Source of the DNA: Caecitellus pseudoparvulus
Taxonomy: Eukaryota; Protista; Bigyra: Bicosoecida
Length of the DNA: 64,000 bases
Assembly: GCA_965644315.1 (NCBI GenBank)
Contig: CBFFRQ010000079.1
Span: 124,001 to 188,000 of the forward strand
Direction of reading: 5' to 3'
Part shown: piece after piece, positions 22,819 to 36,500 of the stretch
Position numbering within the stretch: the stretch's first letter is position 1
Layout of the letters: the number at the start of each line of letters is the position of its first letter
Notes under the pieces: generated by a model
Database searches by the model: none
What the model saw: the letters and a program-made list of their open reading frames with translations, nothing else
Told to the model about the DNA's origin: nothing
Program-made: the position numbers and the translations under genes

Positions 22819-25800
22819 CTACGCCCGCACCGCGCGGGACCCCACAATGGAGGCCCGCGCGGGCTTGGACATGTAGAAGGTAAGGGGGGACTTGCCACCC
22901 ACTGCCTCCCCTGGCAAGGCAGCCACGTCTTCGTCATCCTCGCCGCCGCCCACTGCACCCATGTCCAAGTCATCGCTGTGGCCGCCAGGCTCCTCTGTGT
23001 CGCCTGAGTCACTCACCATGCTCCCTCGCTTCTCGGTCTCTCCAGTAGGAATGGGGTCAGCAGCGTCCGCTGACAGCCCAGTCGCCCCCTTGCCTGCCTT
23101 TACTCCCATGCCATTCGTGCTGGGCCCCCCTTTCGCATCTGCACCTCTTGCGGGCTGTCGACTGGTGACGTCCAAGGAGCTTCCGCCATAGGAGACATCG
23201 GTGTGGAGGGGGTTTTGGGAGGTTCGGGTGCCGTCTGCGAGGACCTTGACCCCTCCCGAGCCGGCGGGCGCCCCCCCTGTGCGACCGCCGCTCCCGTGTT
23301 TTTGCTGCCCAGCCTTTGATGCCCCCTGCTTCAGGAGTGGCAGCTCCATGCTGACACTGACGTCGCCGTCAGACGTGGCACGTGGCGAACGGGCGCCGGC
23401 GGGGAGGCCGTCCGAGGCGCCATGGGCGGCGGGACCTCTCGCTCCAACTGCTCCCCGGGAGCGGACGGGGCGCAGCACCATGCGTGGACCAGGTTTACCG
23501 CCCAGCGTACCAGGGGGCGCTTCATGGCTTCCATGCTGTGCATCCCACAGCATCAAGTCCTTGTCGATGCTGCTGCCCGACCGCAGCAGCCACGCACGTA
23601 ACGCCTCCACAAAGACGCAAGCAGCACCAGTCATGAGGATGTTGGCGAGCCACATACCTGCCAGCCCCAGCGAGAAATTCAGAGTGAAGTAGTCGATGAA
23701 AGACTGGAAAGAGGGCAAGATGTTGAGCAGGATGCCCCCGCCAAATGCCAGCGCATGCAGGCCGAAGATGGAGACAAAGTTGTAAACAGTCACGCGCCGC
23801 AGCAGGAAGAGCATGGTGAAGTCCTGCACCCACAAGTAGCCGAAGAAGACGATCAGCCCCAGAACCTCATGCCCAGCCTCAGAGCTGCCCAGAGGAGGGA
23901 AACCCAGCCCGATGGCCATGATGATGACAGCCTGCACCAGCGCCCGCAAGAACCAGCCGCCAAATGTCCTGTAGTTCATCAACTCGCTTCGTGCACCCAT
24001 GAGGTAGGCCTTCGGGTACCCCAGCGCCGTGCCCTCGTCTATGTCCTTGTCCAAGAAAAAGTACACAATGGGCACAAACAGCATCGCGTTGTATGCAGCG
24101 ACACAAAGGGAGTTGAAGAGGGAGACGCCAGCGAAGCCTGACATGAACCCGAAGCCAATCTGCAGGAAGCAGAAAAGGAAGGACTTATAGAACGAGTACT
24201 GGGCCACGATTGCCGTGCGGTGGTAAGAGTACCTGCCATGCACAAGCAGCAAGCGCTGCAGCGCCTTGAAAAACGGCACTGCGTAGTCCGACGATCGGGC
24301 GGCCTGCAAGCCCTCCTTGCCCCTGATCCCCACACCGATGTGGGCTTCCTGGATCATGACAACGTCATTACCGCCATCTCCGATGGCCAGTGTGATGTGG
24401 TTGGCATCCCGCACGACCTTGACCAGCTGTGCTTTTTGCTTTGGGGTGACGCGGCAGCAAATGACGGCGTCCGCTGACAGACACACAGACGCAAAGGCGC
24501 GGCGGTGATGCAGCAACGCGTGCTCCAGGGTGCTGCCCCGGATGATGACGGTGTACCCCCTCCCGGCGCCTGTAAGCGAGCTGCGCCTGGAGTGCGTGGG
24601 ACTGCCGCCCCCCTCTCCACTCATGACAGGGTTAGGAACACTGACAGCGGAGTGCGAAGCTGGCTGCGTTGTAGCAGCGCCATCGGGCAAGCAGCACCCA
24701 GTGCGCTTCCTCGGCCCAGCGCACGGACCCGTCACGGGTTCTGGGAGCGTCCTCATGTGGATGCCCCTGCTCTTCAGCGTGCTGATGTGGTCCTCCAGGC
24801 TGCGTGAGACAGAGTCCGGGTCGTTGCCGTCAATGGACAGCAGCTCACTGCCAGGTGGCCACAGTGCACAGGTTTGCGCGATGGTCTGCGCTGTGGAGTA
24901 CTTGTCCCCTGTGCACATCCAGATTTTGATGTTGGCTTCCTTGAGCAGGGAAATGGTTTCGGGGACCTGATCTTGCAGCTTGTCCTCAATGGCAGTGGCC
25001 CCAAGCAGGATGAGGTTCTGCTCCATGCGAGCATAGCACGCCTCCGTTGCTTCCTCGCGCCCCTGCATCTGGGCTTTCGCCGCGCCCAGCTCCCTTTGGA
25101 AGGCGCTCCATTCTTCCTCAGACACGTCCTTGTACGCCATGACGAGCGTTCGAAGGCCAGAGGCAGCATAGGCGTCAATTTGCTGCTGCACGGGGGAGGA
25201 GTCACTGCCGGGGGCAGGGCGCAGCTGGCCAGGAGCCAGCAGCTTCAGCACCATGTCATCCGCGCCCTTCACATACAGCCGGATGCCATTGTGCACACCC
25301 CCGCCTGCCTGGCCAGGGCTGAGCTTCCGGCCACCAACAGATTGCACACGCACAACAACTGACATGCGCTTGCGATCGGAGTTGAACTCAAACTCCTCCA
25401 GCTGCGTGTACGATTCGACCCACAGCCGCGCACTGGGCCCAGTCACGGCTTCAGCCAAAGTGTCGGCTGAATCGAGGCCAGCAACTCCCCCGATAGCACC
25501 CTCAAACATGTTGATGCCCTTTGCACCTGCAGCTGGGCCAGGGACGGCAATCTGGACCGTGTCAGCCTCACGTCCCAGCAAAGCCACGCCATAGTGAGCC
25601 GCAGCATCCACAAGCGCCTCTTCATCAGGGGAGGAGGCCTTGTACACACGGCGCGTGCCAGCAGCAGCAGTGTCTGCGACGTCAGGGATGACAGTGTTGT
25701 TCAGCGCGATGCAGCGCAGGAACTCCAGCGCACACGCAGCGGTGTTGCCCTGGGCACGATCCGAAGCGACCTGCGCTCGCATGGAGGGGTCTTCCATCAT

Positions 25801-27802
25801 CCCTTTAGCATTCAGGCCCAGGCCGTTCTCGTCAACTGTGCCAGGGCGCACGGCTCCGCCACCACCTGTCAGGTTGTCAGCGTCTGCGTCGAAGATGCCG
25901 AATTGGCGACCCAAGATGGTGCACACCTTCAGAACCATGACGTTTTCAGTCAGCGTGCCGGTCTTGTCGCTCAGCACATACTCGATTTGGCCAAGGTCTT
26001 CTGACAGAGCAGTGGAGTTCGAATTGGTGTGGTTCCCCGTCTCAGGGTCGAACAGCGCGAGGTCAGCATTGATGAAACGAGCATAGTACAGCTTGCACAA
26101 GTCCAGGGTCACCTTCAACGAGATGGGGATCATGGTGGAGTTCAGCAGCAAGAACCGGAGGGGGATGATGAGGAACTGGTACACAGGCTCGGTGGCTTCG
26201 TATTGGAGGTACCACGCGGCCCTGCCGTTGTCTTCCTTCCACAGGTTGCCAACGGTACCGAAGACGATCACCAGCAGCAGCTGGAAAAGGAAGATGACGC
26301 CCGAGAACTCGTTGATAAGTGAGTCTGTTTGGGTGAACTTAGTGGGCGGGGGCCGCTTGTTCTTGCCAAACTTTGTCTCATTGCCAGTGTACACCACCAG
26401 CGCGTAGGCGAAGTCTGTGTTGCGCACGTGTGTTGCCTGCAGCAGAAGGTTGCTGGCCGACAGGCCTTGAGGCTGTGTATCACTGGCATCCCTTTTCAGC
26501 TGACTTTCGAACTTGTCCAGGTTCTCGAAGCCGACTTGATCGGGCTGTTGACACACCACCTGCCCCTTGAAGGCACAGATCTGGTCCGGGGTCTTCAGGT
26601 CCAGAGTGTCCTTGACTCCACCTCGAGCTTTGAGGTTGCTCTCTCCATCAAGGTTAGTCGTCTGCCGGGAGGGGGAGGGGGTGTGCGGTGAAGAGCTGGG
26701 CACGAGGGGGCGAGTACAGCAGAGGAGAGCACCACACAGCACAGCGCGCGGAAACGCCCAAGGACGTGAGCACGGTCAACGTGCGTCACCGTGGAGCCAT
26801 TCCGCCTCCAATGACGACAACAGCTCCCACAGGGCACCAGTAAGCACGCATGCCCCCTGCACACCCGGCACTAGTGTGCTGCATCGCTGCACTGGGTTGG
26901 GGGCAAGCTCAAGGCAAGCAGCTTGAAGTGCGTGGCAGCCCTGTCGAGCCAGGCAGTCGCCCTCTCCGCGCCTTCACGGGAGCATAGTACTCTTCACAGC
27001 CTCTCCTGGCACCCTGGAGACTCCCTCACACCAAGGCGTGCAGCCCTGCTCTCAGCAACAAGCTGCCACAGGCCTTGCTGGTAGGCGGCCAGTGTCGCAG
27101 TGCGGTGGTGCACTCACTTGGATGTACACGAGCCCGTTCGGGTCGGAGGACGACAGGACAACACAGTCACACGGAACTTCTTGGTTCTCAACCAGCTTGA
27201 GCACGTCCCCGACGAGGATTTCCTTCGCCTCCACCTGGGAAAGGGCCAGGAGAATGCGGGGTACCGTTCGGCACTGCACCAAGCTGGCGGGAGCTCAAGC
27301 CTGAGCACACAAGGCGCCTGCTCACCTTCACAACGCTGCCGTTGCGCACGACGTCATACTGCCTGCTGTTGGCATCCCTGTCCTCCCTCGCTCGCCCCAG
27401 GTCGTCAAGCAGCTCCTTAACAGCAGTAATGCCAAAAATCACAACGAGGGGTGCCCACGTCGTCAGCGGGTTCACCGGGGTGATTTCAGCCCAGAGTTGC
27501 AAGCAGGCAATGATGAGGAAGTAGCGGTTCATATTCCGGCTGTGTGCGGGGGAGGTGGGAGGTGGTGGGAGGGCGCCGAGCTCGAGTGCCTCTGGCGTTG
27601 CAGCCGGCGCACAGCCCGCATTTCCGCAGGCTGGCAGGCCTCACCTGAACTGCTCCATGAGGTTCTTCGGGATGAAGGTAAGCCAGGTGTACTTCGTGTT
27701 CACCACGATGTTGCTCGGGTACTCAGCGTTGGCCTCTGGCCTGTTGGCAGACACAGTGCGTGTGGGGGTGGCGTACCCGCCACCTCCACACAGCCATGCC
27801 AT
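22819..27802 (-). CDS. P4-type ATPase (phospholipid flippase), ALA2-like
   Basis: NTKYTWLTFIPKNLMEQF, TNLDGESNLK, IPISLKV, DKTGTLTEN, FNSDRKRMS, GATAIEDKLQ, TGDK, IGDGGNDV. Confidence 0.95.
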
Positions 27803-28120
27803 GCTGCTCCTGCCTTGGGCTGCCTGGTTGCGCTTGGGTGGTGGCAAGCAGCTTTTCTGCACAACAGCAGCGTAGGCACCGGTGCCTAGCGGAGAAAGTC
27901 GTGGATCTCTTGACCCTCCAGCGGGCACAGATTTGGAGGATTGTGAAGGATCTGCTGCCCGCGCGCGACTGCAAGAGTGGTACCTCCGCGTTGCGCCGGC
28001 GTTTCACTTTGCTCAAGACCATTTCTCTGCCAGCATGCACGTCCTTGCATTAAAAGGCTGCGGGAAGAAAAGGCAGCACATCTGCACGCACGGTCTACGG
28101 CACTCCGCCACTTTGAGGCG

Positions 28121-30594
28121 TCAGCCGTGGTGGGCCCAGACCCACGCCAGTATGACGACAGCCAGAGCCATGGAAGCTGGCGCCGCGCCTGCTGCAGCGT
28201 CTTCAATGGAGCAAGACAGGCGGGGATCCTTCAGTGCAGGACAAGAGCCCACTGGATCGGTTGCTGTGTTGGTGCTCGCCTCGGCACAGGTGCCGTTCAG
28301 GACTTGGGTGCGGCCCTGCGTTGACAGCCGGTCCACGACATGGCAGCCAAACCTGAACGGGTCACCCTCGAAGGAGTACCGGTCCGTGACCACCATCAAC
28401 AAGGCGTTGGTACCATTGACATAAGTCAGGTGGGCAGTCCCTCCCGAGCACCCTGTTGGGAAGGCAAGGGTCAGGATGCCGTCCGTGGCTTGGCGGTCAA
28501 AGGCCGCGCTGTCGATAGTGTACGTGACAACATCCTGTGTGCACCCAAACGAATTCGATGCAGGTGGGAAAAGCCCCCGGGATGCACGGTCATCTTCTGC
28601 CTCAGCCACTGTGAGGGTGAGGTTCGTCGTCGAAGCTGGGGCGTTCATGAAGGCTGGCGTGATGTCGCACGAGCCTTGAAAATCTGTTGTTGCACCTCGG
28701 ACCAGCACCCCAGATACTTGCAAAGCCGCAGCAATGCTGCCCTCCAGGCGGCCCAGGCCCACGTTCGTAAAGGCGTACTCATCTGTGGGGCTGGCATCGG
28801 CAAATTCCTGGGAGGCCACCACCAAGCCAGCAGTGTCCAGCACGTAGCAAGCCGTGGTGCAGAGGATAGAGCTGCCGCTTGAGTCTGAGCAGGAATACGA
28901 AGCCCCACACCGGCCCTTGGTGCCCCCCCCAAGGGCCCCGGAGATCGTGGCCATGACCCTGCTGTGGAAGTAGGAGTACTTGAAGTCTGTCGCGACAACA
29001 CCCGCCAACAAAGACGACGCACAGGTGCCATTTCTGCACACACCACTCGTGCACTGGGCATGACTGGTGCAATTACAACCTGCACTGCCAGGGGAAGCAG
29101 TGCAGTTTCCATCCCCGCTCTGCACAGCGTCCTTGCCGACGAAGACCGGCTGGGACATGGTCGACACACGGCCTGCCCCACCTGCATCGAGGTAAGGCGT
29201 CGACACGCTTACCAGTGCAGGGTGTGTCTTTGCTCTGTGGAACCAAGTGCGTTTGGTGGGGTCGTACTGCAAGCTGCTGCGCTGCCCGGGGAAGGACCTG
29301 TACACGCCATTGACGGTTCCGAAGTAGGTCCACACAGTGTTCTCCGTGTCTGCTGCAGACCTGTTGCGCCACACAGCCTCCATCTTGTGTGTGAGTTCCA
29401 CTTCTGGGCGGGCCTCCATGACTAGAGCGCTAGAGGAACTGGAGCCACTCTGGAGGCTTGCACAGCCAGAGTTCTCAGCTCGACCAGGGCCCCAGACGTT
29501 CACAAAGTCGTGCAATGCTTTGAAGTTCGTCGCGGCGACATCCTGAAGGTAAGCTGCAGGGAAGCAGAACGCAGAAGGCGCAAACTTGAAAGTCGAGTGG
29601 GCCTTGGTCACCAGCAGGTCTGGATAGAACGATGAAGAGGCTGCAGAGCCGGTGGCCATGGTGGCCTGGAGCTCACCTTCGAGGCCAGGTACACGAGGGT
29701 TCGGGCCAACGTAGCCTTGCAGGTAGTGATAAAAGTCCACGCCAAGGGGCGGCTGCAAGGTGGTGCTGGCGTTGTGCTCCGGCAGGAGGCTCAGTCGGGT
29801 CAAGTCCTGTGGGTCGGCAAACACCAGGGCAAACGTCAAGCGGGACCCTGGGATGGGAGCGTAGTGGTACACCCAGTCTCCTGTAACATTCAAAAAGCCC
29901 TCAAGGGCATCCCCCATCGGAACGAGCTTCTGTTGATTCGCCACTAGCCGGGAGCCCGTTTGACCCGCTATCATGGCATCGCGCACAGCAAGAAAGTCTG
30001 GATCAGAGCCTTCCAGCAGCTCAATTTTCGGGAAGATTGGGTTGGAGTTCAGCTGAGAGGTTGGTTTCAGGAGGGGGTGGACGATAGCCTCGCCGTCCTC
30101 GTTCATGAGGAAGCCGTACACAGACCCCCACCGTGCGTTTGCAACGAGGTTTTCAACTGCAGCCAGAGCAACGTCCACTCCCACAACCCCCACAAGAGAT
30201 TCTCTGACCAGTACAGGCTTGCTGATGGTCATGACAAGCCCAAGGCCAGAAGAGTCAACGTACGGAGCCGACACGACAGGGTCGCTGGATGAGCTGCGGG
30301 CTGCCAAGAACGAGAAGTAGGGCTGCAGCGTCGTGGTGACGTCTCGCACACTTGTCACATGCATGTGCACGGCTTTGCCGTATTCACAGGCCAGAGTACT
30401 GCAATACAGCGGATTGTCTCCAACCGTAATGCCAAGGATACGCAGGGTTGGGTCCCGCGACATCAATGACCGTGCTGCACTCCAGCCATCCTTGCGGGAT
30501 GCCTCACACTTCGGCCCGGGTACAATCACTTTGCGGCAGTTTGACTTGCCCAAGAGGCCTTCACCGCCAAAATCCACGTGGCTGCTCCGGCTGC

Positions 30595-30630
<36 letters not shown>

Positions 30631-33118
30631 AGCGCTGTTCCTCCCGAGCCCGGCCACACCTGACCCCTTCCCCATCATCCAGAGACCCATCACTGATCAT
30701 GATGATGATGCGCTGGCACCCTTGACGGTTGCCAACGGTCATGAGTCGATGTGCTTCATCCAGACCAGCACCGAAGTCTGTTGCCCCATCCATTGGCTCG
30801 TTCGACAACCTGCGGCTGAAGTCATTAATGATGCTGCTGGTTGCTGGCAAAAGCTTGTGCTGAATGCAGCCGATGGACTCCGTGCGCCTGACCCGAGTTG
30901 GGCGAGCTTCTTGGTCTTTCTCTCCCCAATAAGACGAGCGCTCGCAAACCACTTGGACATGATCCTCAACGGTAAGCGTCCCCAAAAGAGCTTTGGCGGC
31001 GGCCTTGGCCTGAGCAGCGTGATTGCGCATGGAGCTGCTGCAGTCCATGACAATCACCACGTCTTTTGGCCCAGAAATCGCGCCGACATACCAGGGGCGG
31101 AAGCGTGGGTCGTAGTCAGACGGAAACCCTTGCCAGTTGGTGCTCCAACGATACCCTGGAAGGTTGCGAAACATGCCAGATGGCGTGCCGATGTACTGCC
31201 ACCGAACATCTGCATCTGCCTGCAGGTTTTCCTTCCATGTAGTGTCCAGCCGGGAGGTCCAGTCAATATCCTTGTTGAGCTGCTCGCTTGTTCGAGGAGT
31301 GGAGTCTGCAATCTTCACCCAAGATGCCGACTCGTCTACTTTGGCAGAGAAAGCATCGGAGTACTGCAAGCGGCTCAGCGCGTCCGTGGTTGGAAGGTCC
31401 ATGTCTTCCCAAGCAACGGGCCCAACGCGCCCAGTGTTGGCACTGGCAGCACTTGTCGCAAGCTCATTCACTGTGGAAACTTTCGCAGAAAAGAAGCTGG
31501 TCAAGCGTGCAGCAACGCCGGCAGTAAACGCCGCAGCATCCACAGCCGTGGAGTTGTACTTGGCCGCGTTGTACATGCCTTGCAGTTCATCAGTTCGCAG
31601 AATGCCTCTTGCGATGTCCTGCAGATCAGCACTGAGTGCAGTCGCCGCAGCTTTGATCTCGGGAGCTCCCACTGCGGAAGCGCTGGGAAGCAGGGTGAGG
31701 CTCACCGCCACAAGCAGGAGTGTCAGGGCCCTACGCTTGCTGCCTGCAAGAGCAGTTGCTGCGCTCACTGCAGCAACTGCCATCACCCCAGGCCCATGAG
31801 AAGCAGCAGCTGCCTCCACTCGATGGTCGCTTGCCTTCATGAAGCACGAACCGAAGTCGTTGGCCTCAGACACTTCAAAGTGAAGTGCCTTGCAGAGCTC
31901 ACGTCCTGTATCGAACCGTGCCCCCAGCGACTGCCCCTTGAACTCTGCTCCAGAGCAAGCAGAGAGGAGGAAGTCACACCATGACTCGCACATGGTGGGC
32001 CGGTACGCGACACGACTGTAGAAGTACTGTTGGTATGGGGCGCACGGCCAGCACATGTGGTACCGCAAGGCGGCTTTGCAGTCGCCGGACGCGCCAACCA
32101 ACTCAATCGCGCCGGCGGCCAACTCCTCCACCTCCTGCGTGGAGCAGCAGGCACCCTCGCGGTACCAATCACATTGCCCCCCTCCAGGGAGGGTCTTGGG
32201 TTGCCTGTTATTGTAGTAGGGGCACGTTTCGGCATTGGGGAAGTCACTCGAGCTGGCTGCAAGCACTTGTGCCTGACTTGCGAGTGCAAGCAGCACCAGC
32301 GCCTGAGGCAGAGGGCTCGGCGCTCCCACAAAGTTGGCAAGCAAAGAGGCAAGGAGAAACATGACAGGTGACGAGGCTGCACTGGCCCCAGCATTCGAAG
32401 GGAAGGTGTCGACACCATCCCGTGGCTGGTAGCATGGTGCGTTGATGTCGCCGGGGTCATCCCCTCCCTCGGCCGCAGGCACGACTGTGAATCCGTTGGC
32501 GACGCACAGCGCCGTGCCATCTTCAAAAGCATCCCCGAGAGTTCGCTTTGAGTCTGTTCCTTCGATCGGAACGGCAATGCCACTGCACTCGGCGTGCACT
32601 TCGTCACAAAACCACTGACATGCAGCTGGCTGACGAGTTGAGGAGTCAAAGAACAGCCCTCCTTCAGGGGAGCAAGCCCAGCACGACAGATAGTTGATCA
32701 TGGCTGCACACCTGGGCTGCAGCCCTTGCCTGTGACAGAACACGAATGCGGCGTGTGCTGTGAACCCTTGCGTTTGACTGCACCGGAAGCTTGCTTACGC
32801 GTTAGGAAAGTCCAAGGCGAAAGACTGCTGAAGCTCACTGTTTCTGCAGCAGGAGTTGCCTGAGAACCAGGTGCAGTTGGGCGTTGACCTGTGAAGGAGG
32901 GGGAGCTTCGTTGCCAGAGCACAGGGACGCCGAGCTGCACCTGCCTAGTGCGATTCTTCGGCGGTTCCAAGGGCAACTCACCACTCTGGCCGGGCAAACC
33001 GCTCCTCCGCCGAAGAGCTGAAGTATGGGCAGCTTTGGGCACTGCAGGCAGACAAAGCGGCAACACAAGCGACGCTCATCACCGCTTGCCGCCGCAGGGA
33101 AGCAGCGGAGAAACTCAT
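28121..33118 (-). CDS. two folate-receptor-like Cys-rich domains plus VWA/dCache (CACHD1 / alpha2delta-like) extracellular protein
   Basis: Signal peptide MSFSAASLRRQAVMSVACVAALSACSA; two CPY(F/Y)..C.W....CC..C..C.P..C..(F/W)C domains; WQYIGTPSG, YDPRFRPWY, PKDVVIVMDCSSSM (MIDAS), SAPYVD, second Cache YDPTKRTWF/TPYLD; two 5' introns. Confidence 0.88.
30596..30630. repeat. (CTG)n microsatellite encoding a poly-Ser insert in the VWA domain
   Basis: About 11 perfect CTG units, read as SSSSSSSSSSS on the minus strand. Confidence 0.9.
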
Positions 33119-33539
33119 GCCTGCTGCGGATTTTGACTAGTGGTGGTTGCGCGATGCAGCTGGTGCTTGGTGAGATCTGGTGTTCCCTGGAACTGCAGTG
33201 AGCAAGGAACAACCCTTGGTGAAAACACCGTCCCCGGCAGGGCACAAACTCTGTCCTGTTGCGATTGGCGACCACTCATTGTTGTGTTGAGGGCACTGGA
33301 CTGGCTTGCGCAGCAGTGCAAGGTGGTTGATGGGTGTGCAAGGGGGGGTGCATGTGGCGCGGGTAGCGCTCAACCTGCACACTTGATCAATCCAGCAAGG
33401 ACAGAACACTATAGAGCTAGGACAGATGCAGATGGATACCGCTGATATATCTTAGGAGCCTTGGCTCGCTCCGAAGCTGTCTGTGGGTTACAGGTGGACA
33501 GTCTAGCAAGAGGCACCGCGCCCAAACTCTGCGCCAATC

Positions 33540-36500
33540 ATGGAAGGAAGAACCATGCTTCAGCATGCCAAAAGACGGATATCTGCTCTGAGGACGCTTG
33601 AAAGACTCCCGGCTCGCTTTTACGCATGCTTGTGCTTTGTGCTCTGTTGTCTGGCAGGGGCGCAGGGGGCGTGTCCTGGCATGTGCAGCGGGCACGGTAC
33701 CTGCGGCATCGGGAGCAAGTGCGCTTGCTTCCCTGGTTTTTCGGGGCCAAACTGTGCATTCCGTAGGTGATGTGTCAGATGCTTGCCTGGGCGCTCCTTG
33801 TTGGCACCTGCTTCAGCGTGCCACTTGCTCAGGCACGTGCCGTTTCGGGCACGCGTGGTTTGACAAACCAGCGCCGGACGGTTCGGCACATCGCAATGGG
33901 ACATGGTCGGAGTGCTCTCGGGCGGGCACATGCAATCGAATGACGGGGCAGTGTGTCTGTTCTCCAGGTTTTTCTGGGGATGCTTGCCAGCGTAGTGAGT
34001 TTGAGGTGCTTTGCAGCGGAAGTTGGAATTGCTGCGTTTCACTACCGTTTCCTTCGCCTCCTCCATGCCCCGTTCTCAGCGGCTTGCCCAAGAGGATGCA
34101 GTGGACGGGGAGTGTGCCAGCCACTGGAGGTAGTTGGGTATGAGCAAGGTGCTGCCGTCTACGACAGTGCTGATCTCAGTGGACTGAGCGTTGGGTACTG
34201 GTACTCAGATTGGGATTCTGGCAGGAGCCATGTTTGCGCTTGTGACAGAGGCATGCATGGGCCCGATTGCTCACTTCATGCGTGTCCGCGGGCAAGAGAC
34301 CCGTTGCAGAGAGGATTTCAAGAAAGGACCCTATCGCTACTCGCTGGCACTGCCGCCTATGACTTGGCAACGGAGCGGCTTGCAACACATGCCACGGTGG
34401 GACTGAAGTTCCATGGGGAAGTCGCCCAGTGGGCTCATGATGCCTCAAGTGCCGATGTGAAGGCTTCACTCGAAAATCTTGTCGCCATCAAGGCTGCACG
34501 AGTGAGGCGTGACACGATCGCGTCCTGTCGATTTTCCCCTGCGGGGTCCGGGACCTGCCTGAGCTGGACGTTCGCGCTTCAGTTTGCACCACTTGCAGAC
34601 AGCTCATTCTTCCGTACTGAAGGGAATCCGCCCAAGGAAGCATTCACTTGTGACCGAAGTGGGCTACACGGGGGGCTGTCCATTACCTCTGTGGCCTCTC
34701 ATGCCCTGCCAACTGGCTTTCTGCGTGTTGCCATGCACGCGTCCACGGCGGACCAGCTGTCCGTGGTGTTTTCAACTGCAGCCGACTTTGCGACGTCAAC
34801 GAGCCTGCAAGTGGAGGAAACAGGAGCAGGGAGCCCTGCTTTCACCTTCACATTGACGGGTGCTGGGCAGCGCATCACTGTGCTGTCCAGCACTTCAGCT
34901 CCCATGCTTGAGTTGACTTTCCAGTACGGGCCTGGAGTCTATTCGACGGGTGAGAGTTGGGTGCTGAATGTGAAAACCGGCATGATTGCGGAACAGGTAC
35001 TCCCAGAGCAAAGCGGGTGCGCTGTTGACGACGCTCAGCGAGAGGTGTCTGTGTACGACGGTGTGGACGCGGTGCCCCATACCGGCGCGGTCACGACCCG
35101 CTACACTGTGGAAGTTGCGGCGCAAGATGATGCCGCTGTCTGGAGTGCTGAGGGGCAACAAGACAAAACTGAGGTCGTCATGTCAACTGATTACACGGCA
35201 CTGGGCTCAAATGAGGCAAGGATTACGTTTTCTGACACAAAGCACCACACAGTCGGAGCTGCGTGGGAGCTCACAGCATACGCTCCTGCGGTACGGCCAG
35301 TTAGCAACTTCAGTGAGGGGCTCCTGCAAGTGTACGGAGACGCACTTTCAAGTGAAGGGCTTTTCTTTGCAAAGATATCGACTGCTGGCATGTTTCAGAC
35401 GAATGAGGTGACCTTCTGGTGCGCGGATGGCATGGTGGTGGACATGCACGCCACTTGCGAGACGACCTACGCTGGTGCCGTTGCGAGCGCTGCCTTCCAC
35501 ACAAAACCAATGCTGGTAGGTGGCCGTCATCGAGTCGAGTTTGACACTAACACAGCGGGGAGCAAAATTACGGTTTTCTGGAGCAACTCGACTGGATTCT
35601 CTTTGGCCCAGGAATGGGCTTTCCACACTGATGTCGCGGGAGGAGCCCAAGCCATTCCTCGACCAACGTCAGCACTTCAAGTGCAAGTCAAAGAATTTTG
35701 GGAAGCCGGAGAGTGGTTTGTGACGATTGACGGGGCCGCTGATAACGCGCCGGCAACCTTCAGCGCCATGCGGTACAACGACGCGTACCCACCCACCGAA
35801 GCCCGGGCCATCCCCATCAGGCCCTACTGGGCAGGGAATCACCCAGACACATCAGGGCCACATCGAGGTCACGGTATTCACGGGCTAGTGCTGCGGTTTC
35901 ACACCAGCGGCTGCGACCCGTACCTGACGCCAGGTACTGATTCCGACCATTGCTCCACACCCAACCCGTTCCGCATCGGGCAGCGATGGGTCGTAAACAT
36001 TACGACTGCAGGCTACGCAGAAGTTCGGCAGCACCCTAATCGCATTCTTCTTGATTCCTACCATGATGATTTGATCAGTGCAGCGTATCACAGCACATCC
36101 TCCGTGTTGCGGGTGGAGTACACCGGCGGCAGCCTGGCGGCTGATGCAACAAAGCAATCTCGTGTTCCTTACTTTCAGCGAAGGTTCCATGTCAAGATTG
36201 TCTCTGCTGGAGACTACGCGACGCTCGCCCCCGCGACGTTTCAAGTCTTCCTGGACGACGGCTCTGGAGGACAAAGTGCAGCCGGGCCAGCCGTTGCCAT
36301 CGACGCGGTCAACGGCAATGTTGTGGGTGGCCAGAGTAACATCAGGCTGTGGTTTGCAGACACCTATATGTATGCGCCAGGCGAGCATTGGCAAGTGGAC
36401 TGGGAGCTTCCAAGAGCCGAGGATGGTAGCACAGCAGGTGTCACTTTCGCGATTACCAAGGCGGCTGACGTACAAACCCACAAAGTGTGTGCTGGGAGAG

